This document shows, piece after piece, positions 58,607 through 64,000 of a stretch of 64,000 nt of DNA (position 1 is its first letter; each line of letters opens with the position of its first letter). The stretch spans positions 2,944,001 to 3,008,000 of the forward strand of contig OZ220744.1 of NCBI GenBank assembly GCA_965116925.1, given 5' to 3'. The position numbers and the translations under genes are program-made. The notes under the pieces were generated by a model. The model did no database searches. It was not told the DNA's origin and saw only the letters and a list, made by a program, of their open reading frames with translations. This stretch comes from Candidatus Poribacteria bacterium (GTDB lineage Bacteria > Poribacteria > WGA-4E > PCPOR2b).

Positions 58607-59368
58607 ATGAAGAAGGTATTATCAATTCCATCTAATTTTGTAGGGGCGTGCCTCGTTGCGCTAATCCTACTGGCTTCTCCTGCTACGGCGCAGGTCCTGT
58701 TTGAAGATAATTTTTCAAAGCCGAACCGTACCGCGGAGAAATGGTCATTTCTGCAAGGCGCGTGGGACGTTCAGAACGGAGCACTCCAACAAGGTCAGGC
58801 GGATGGACGCACTATCGCTGTCATTTCGGATGATTTCTGGGATGATACGTGGAACGAATATATCTTTGAAGTGACCGCAAGAAAATTAAGGGGCAGTAAT
58901 GGGGTTCGCATCTTTTGGCGGATCAAAGATGATTTGCAGCCCGGTCCCGGCAGAGACGACGCCCGGTCATTTACGCTTGGTGGTCCCGTTAAGGGGCGGC
59001 TTGCTGACGAAAAATCCCGTATCAAGTTTTGGTGGGAGATCGGTTGGAAGAACAGTGAGTCGTTTGTTATTCGGGATGTTAGAGGTATTACGGACATTAA
59101 AAAAGGGACCGAGACAAAACACAAGCTAGGAAGAGATGATCTGCATGTCAAAATTTTGAATCAAGGTCTCTTCCTCCAACTGTTCCTTAATGACGAATTA
59201 ATCTTTGAGGGAAAGGATATAAACGGTAGTAAAGGAGGGCGTGTCGGCGTAGGTACAGAGGGCACGACTGCTGTGTTTGACAATGTTTTTGTGACGGGTC
59301 TCAAGGGACGATCTGTTGAGCCAGATGGTAAGTTAACGACCTCCTGGGGTTTGGTAAAAACCCGTTGA
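58607..59368 (+). CDS. Secreted concanavalin A-like/DUF1080-like protein with C-terminal KLxxxWG motif (close paralog of the preceding gene)
   Basis: Signal peptide (ATA); VLFEDNF...YIFEVTARKLRG.NG..IFWRI.DD...RIK.WW...GGRVGVGT; tail SVEPDGKLTTSWGLVK. Confidence 0.75.
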   Translation: MKKVLSIPSNFVGACLVALILLASPATAQVLFEDNFSKPNRTAEKWSFLQGAWDVQNGALQQGQADGRTIAVISDDFWDDTWNEYIFEVTARKLRGSNGVRIFWRIKDDLQPGPGRDDARSFTLGGPVKGRLADEKSRIKFWWEIGWKNSESFVIRDVRGITDIKKGTETKHKLGRDDLHVKILNQGLFLQLFLNDELIFEGKDINGSKGGRVGVGTEGTTAVFDNVFVTGLKGRSVEPDGKLTTSWGLVKTR

Positions 59369-59417
59369 TAAATCTGTTCTTTCGCATTCAATCGTTTATA
59401 TTCAAAGGATGTGTCGT

Positions 59418-59452
59418 AAAGCCCCCGCCTTTTGGTGTGGGGCTTTCTTCTT
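59418..59452 (+). terminator. Probable intrinsic terminator after the secreted-protein genes
   Basis: AAAGCCCCCGCC-TTTT-GGTGTGGGGCTTT followed by CTTCTT. Confidence 0.6.
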
Positions 59453-59488
59453 TCTAACTGTCCCCTGAATCCTCGCCTATTTCCAGCT

Positions 59489-61411
59489 ATGAAGGACACA
59501 AACGCAATAACCTCAATCAAAAAGCGCGCGGTGCTAATCGGCGTATTGTTAATCATCGCCAACAGTTACTGGATCGCCTATGTCGAAATGATATGGCACA
59601 CGGCGCATCTGACGACTGTTTCGCTGTCGGTCAACGTCATGTTCGCTGTCCTGATGATAACATGGCTAAACATAATTGTCCGTCAGTTTTCGCCAAAATC
59701 CGCCCTCAATCAACAGGATCTACTCGTTATCTATGCGATGCTTGCGGTGGGAAGTTGTTTCTCCGGGCACGACGCGATGCCCCGCTTGATGGGACTGATG
59801 CCCTACGCCTTCCGCTTTGCGACCCCTGAAAACGACTGGGCGGCGTTGCTATTTCACCACTTGCCGGATTGGTTGGTCATCTCCGACCCGAAGACCGTCA
59901 ACGATTTTTACGAGGGGAACGTCAACTTCTTTGCGGACGGCTATGTGCGGTATTGGGTGACGCCCATCCTATCGTGGTCGATCGTCATCTTCTCGTTGAT
60001 GCTCATTTTCCTCTGCCTGACCTCGCTCATCAGGAGGCAGTGGGTGGATCGTGAAAAATTAGCGTATCCGATTATCCAAATTCCTCTCGAAATCACTGCT
60101 CAGTCTGGGGGCATCTTCAGGAACCGTGTTCTGTGGATCGGCTTTGGGCTCGCCTTCGGAATTGACCTGTGGAACGGGATTGCGTTCTTTTTTCCTATCC
60201 TCCCCTCTCTGCCCATTAATGACCGCACCAGAAACGTCTTCAGCTTTTCACAGAAGCCGTGGAATGCGATGGGTAGCACCTCATTTTATTTTCACCCCTA
60301 TCTGATTGGTCTTTCCTTTGTCCTGCCATTGGATCTCTCCTTCTCGTGTACGTTCTTCTACCTCTTGCGGAAGGCGCAACTTGTCTTTGGTAGCATGGCG
60401 GGGATCAGGAGTATCCCCGGCTACCCATTCTTGGGAGAACAGGGTACGGGTGCCCTGTTCGCTTTACTCGCTGTGACCTGTTGGACTGGCAGAAGACATT
60501 TTGTGCAGGTCCTCTCGCGCGTCATCCGTCCAGATCCAGACGATGAGGCAAACGAACCGATCTCTTACCGAACTGCCGTCTTTACACTGTTTGTCTGTCT
60601 CTTGGTGTTGATGGTTTTCTGCATAAAGGGTGGGATGTCATTCTGGGGCTATGCCGTTTTTATCGGTATTTACTTCGCGATTGTTGTCGGATTAGCGCGT
60701 ATGCGGGCGGAGTTGGGACCGCCGATTCACTCGATCGGCTACATAAACCCACAATACCTGATGGTTGCCATGTTCGGGACACGCCGCCTAAAACCGGGGA
60801 ATTTAACGATACTCTCGTTGATGAACTGGATGAGTGGTGCCGGATTTCGCACCCACCCGATACCCGATCAACTTGAGTCCTTCAAACTTGCAGAGCGAAC
60901 TCGCATCAGAAATCGGACGATGTTCATTGTACTGATCATTGCCAGCATTGTTGGTATCGAATCCAGCCTCATCCTTTACCCATATACGATTTACAAGACA
61001 GGGGTGGCAGCGGGGTCTGAACAGATTCATGCCGGCGGTTCGGGAACTTACAACTATCTCTCCGGGTGGTTGGTCAATCCCAAGCCAACGAATTGGTTAT
61101 CAATGAGCGTTCTCGGTTTTGCTTTTTTCGTGAACCTCGGTATAATGTTTTTTCGTACGCGATTCGTTTGGTGCCCACTTCACCCGGCAGGCTACGTTAT
61201 CGGTCTGGCACCCGGCACAACGGATATGATCTGGTTCCCTGTAGCGATCGCAATGGTTACCAAGTGGCTGTTAATCAAGCATGGTGGTATCAAAGCGTAT
61301 CGTGCGGCAATTCCCTTTTTCGTGGGATTGGTTCTCGGCGAAGCGGTGATGGGCTGCTTCTGGCCCATCCTGAGTCTTATCCTTACCTCCTCCGTATATA
61401 GTTGGTGGTAA
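59489..61411 (+). CDS. Polytopic membrane protein, DUF6785/DUF6784-like putative transporter
   Basis: About 640 aa with many TM helices; RRQW...EKL.YPI.Q.P, LDLSFS..FF, ARMRAE.G.P, PLHP.GY and PFF.GLVLGE. Family name is from recollection. Confidence 0.72.
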   Translation: MKDTNAITSIKKRAVLIGVLLIIANSYWIAYVEMIWHTAHLTTVSLSVNVMFAVLMITWLNIIVRQFSPKSALNQQDLLVIYAMLAVGSCFSGHDAMPRLMGLMPYAFRFATPENDWAALLFHHLPDWLVISDPKTVNDFYEGNVNFFADGYVRYWVTPILSWSIVIFSLMLIFLCLTSLIRRQWVDREKLAYPIIQIPLEITAQSGGIFRNRVLWIGFGLAFGIDLWNGIAFFFPILPSLPINDRTRNVFSFSQKPWNAMGSTSFYFHPYLIGLSFVLPLDLSFSCTFFYLLRKAQLVFGSMAGIRSIPGYPFLGEQGTGALFALLAVTCWTGRRHFVQVLSRVIRPDPDDEANEPISYRTAVFTLFVCLLVLMVFCIKGGMSFWGYAVFIGIYFAIVVGLARMRAELGPPIHSIGYINPQYLMVAMFGTRRLKPGNLTILSLMNWMSGAGFRTHPIPDQLESFKLAERTRIRNRTMFIVLIIASIVGIESSLILYPYTIYKTGVAAGSEQIHAGGSGTYNYLSGWLVNPKPTNWLSMSVLGFAFFVNLGIMFFRTRFVWCPLHPAGYVIGLAPGTTDMIWFPVAIAMVTKWLLIKHGGIKAYRAAIPFFVGLVLGEAVMGCFWPILSLILTSSVYSWW

Positions 61412-61517
61412 TCGCGCCCAAATATCCGAAGAGCGCATATCAATCCCGATCTATCAGGGCGGACCGCTACACTCCAGAGGAGCCAATATGAATAGTCCGT
61501 TAATATCTCAATTTTTT

Positions 61518-61588
61518 AGCCCCAGCGGGGCGACATGTTTATAGAACATCGAGCCATCAATTCCTCCAAGCCCCTGCGGGGCGACATG
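61518..61588. repeat. Direct repeat pair AGCCCC(A/T)GCGGGGCGACATGT
   Basis: Two 21-bp copies at about 61518 and 61569, each with a GCCCC-N3-GGGGC hairpin. Confidence 0.7.
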
Positions 61589-61613
61589 TGCATCTCTGAA
61601 AGATCCGTGCCTT

Positions 61614-62333
<720 letters not shown>

Positions 62334-62663
62334 CTAGGATTAAACGCAAAACTCCGCGAAATGGTTAGTTTACAGCTGCTGATACGCTCTCCGGTTAAAG
62401 GACAAGAATGAAACGTGATGTGTGAAACGTGAAGACCCGAAGACGGAAAATTGAATCGTTTTGTTTTCTCGTTCTCTTGTCATGACCCAATGAACCGATG
62501 AACCTTGAACGATGTGAAAAAACAGTCTCATCAACTAGTACACTGTCAGGCAAATTATTGTCTATATGGATTGAGACTCATAATACTTCGTAGGGGTCGG
62601 GTCACCCGACCCCCTTGTTGATATGCAAAACTTATATGACTGAGTACTAGTACCAAGAGTATC

Positions 62664-62887
62664 GTAGGTTGGGTTGAACGGTTCAACCCCAATCTCTATC
62701 AAGGACGGAGATGTTCTGTTTTTCAACAACACTGCTTTGTAGATAGAGAAAGTGAAACCCAACACCTCTATCCGCTGCAGATAAAATGTTGGGTTTCACT
62801 CGACTTGTGAACTTTCAACCCGAATCGTCCCTCTAACCCTAGTTGTCGTGCGTAGCATTTTCATCAGTTCCGTTCAACCCAACCTAC
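62664..62887. mobile_element. REPIN-like element, family C, copy 2, within a second REP cluster (62334-63000)
   Basis: GTAGGTTGGGTTGAACGG...GTGAAACCCAACA-N-TGTTGGGTTTCAC...CCGTTCAACCCAACCTAC; flanked by GTAGGGGTCGGGTCACCCGACCCC (62590) and GTAGTAGGCATCCGCCGTATGCGGTAACC (62900). Confidence 0.82.
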
Positions 62888-63062
62888 GGACTCGAAAAAG
62901 TAGTAGGCATCCGCCGTATGCGGTAACCTTTTAAAACATAGACTCATGTGCAAAATGCGAAGCGCGGGCGGGGAGACCCCGCCCCGACGGTTTCTCTTCG
63001 CATTTTGCACTTCCTCTTGATATGAACCTTCAGAACCACTAACTAACAGAAGTGAACAAGAA

Positions 63063-64000
63063 ATGATCGAATATATCTGCGACCAATGCAATACAACGTA
63101 CCCTATCGACTCTCTCCGGTACAAATGCGATTGTGGTCAACCCCTTCAACTGACAAAAACAGAGGGGGGCTTTTCAATTGACCAGGTTTCTAAGGATGAC
63201 AGCACCCTCTGGCGCTATCACCAAGCCCTTCCGATTGCCGATGAGGGGTCAATCATCTCGCTCGGCGAGGGGATGACCCCGCTTGTATCCTTTGATAACC
63301 CCACATACGATCATCGGTTGAAGTTAGATTTTGTTTGTCCGACCGGTTCATACAAGGACCGAGGGGCCGCCCTCCTATTGTCCAAAGTCAAGGAACTTGG
63401 CATCCAGGAGGTTGTCGAGGATTCGTCGGGGAATGCGGGGGCAGCAATAGCGGCGTATAGCGCGAAGGCGGGGATTGACTGCACGATCTACTGCCCGGCG
63501 TCCACCTCGAAAGGTAAGCTCGCGCAGATATCGATGTACGGTGCGAAACTCAAGCTGATCGAAGGAAATCGTGCTGCGACGACGCAGGCAGTCCTCGGAG
63601 CAGCGGAGACCACCTATTACGCCTCGCACAACTGGAATCCGTTCTTTTTGGAAGGCACAAAAACCGTCGCCTTCGAGATTGCGGAGCAGCTCGGTTGGCG
63701 AGCTCCAGACCATATCATCTGTCCAATCGGGTTCGGAAGTGTCTATATGGGCTTGCATATCGGATTTCGGGAGCTGCAAGCACAGGGGATTATCACCAAA
63801 ATCCCCCGTTTACTTGGCGTTCAATCCGCAGCGTGTTGTCCAATTTACAAGGCATATTCCGAAAATAGATCGCAGGTCGAAAGATCTCCCCAAACTTATG
63901 AGACACTCGCAGAGGGCATCACATCTGAAGCACCGATTCGTGGAGATACGATTATGTGGGCTCTCCACGAGACCAACGGCGCGATTACAATCGTTGATGA
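63063..64000 (+). CDS. thrC: Threonine synthase-like PLP enzyme (runs off the window end)
   Basis: Not in the ORF track. Manual translation MIEYICDQC...CDCG...LWRY...SLGEGMTPL...PTGSYKDRG...EDSSGNAGAAIAAY...EGTKTVAFEIAEQLG. Confidence 0.85.
   Translation, partial: MIEYICDQCNTTYPIDSLRYKCDCGQPLQLTKTEGGFSIDQVSKDDSTLWRYHQALPIADEGSIISLGEGMTPLVSFDNPTYDHRLKLDFVCPTGSYKDRGAALLLSKVKELGIQEVVEDSSGNAGAAIAAYSAKAGIDCTIYCPASTSKGKLAQISMYGAKLKLIEGNRAATTQAVLGAAETTYYASHNWNPFFLEGTKTVAFEIAEQLGWRAPDHIICPIGFGSVYMGLHIGFRELQAQGIITKIPRLLGVQSAACCPIYKAYSENRSQVERSPQTYETLAEGITSEAPIRGDTIMWALHETNGAITIVD

Noticed and set aside
62562..63124. Short ORFs 62562-62765 and 62864-63124, and 44449-44664
   Set aside because: They are translations of REP/REPIN repeats, with no RBS or domain signal.
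63375..63779. 134-aa minus-strand ORF, and the many other short ORFs overlapping longer genes
   Set aside because: These are antisense or out-of-frame shadows of well-supported genes (here the threonine synthase-like gene) with no motifs of their own.

Overview
This window is bacterial chromosomal DNA of roughly 48-50% GC by eye, most consistent with Candidatus Poribacteria (a sponge symbiont). That assignment is an inference from LRR and LDL-receptor (YWTD) proteins ending in a 'PNPFNPETWIPY...YWDG...TRRM' domain, many enolase-superfamily/PhyH/AKR/sulfatase paralogs, and secreted proteins ending in 'K(L/I)xxxWGx(L/I/V)K'. It holds about 48 CDS: housekeeping genes (partial uvrB, PBP1A, hrpB, dapF, a PpiD-like chaperone, two cyclophilins, a partial threonine synthase-like gene), many sugar/acid-sugar catabolic enzymes and several secreted repeat proteins. 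It also holds tRNA-Leu(GAG), one intact IS701-like element with perfect 21-bp TIRs and a 4-bp TSD, and a dense nested set of short intergenic mobile repeats. No CRISPR array, rRNA, prophage or recognisable defence system is visible. The best candidates for undescribed biology are three. (1) A short C-terminal motif shared by four adjacent secreted proteins of two different folds, also found as the linker before the FlgD-like domain of a fifth protein, suggesting a sorting or anchoring signal. (2) A possible non-SusCD glycan capture locus formed by those four proteins plus a polytopic membrane protein. (3) A nested family of MITE-like shells carrying GTAG-type REP hairpins that insert into, and are targeted at, each other. 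Product calls are from motif recognition only; no database search was run.
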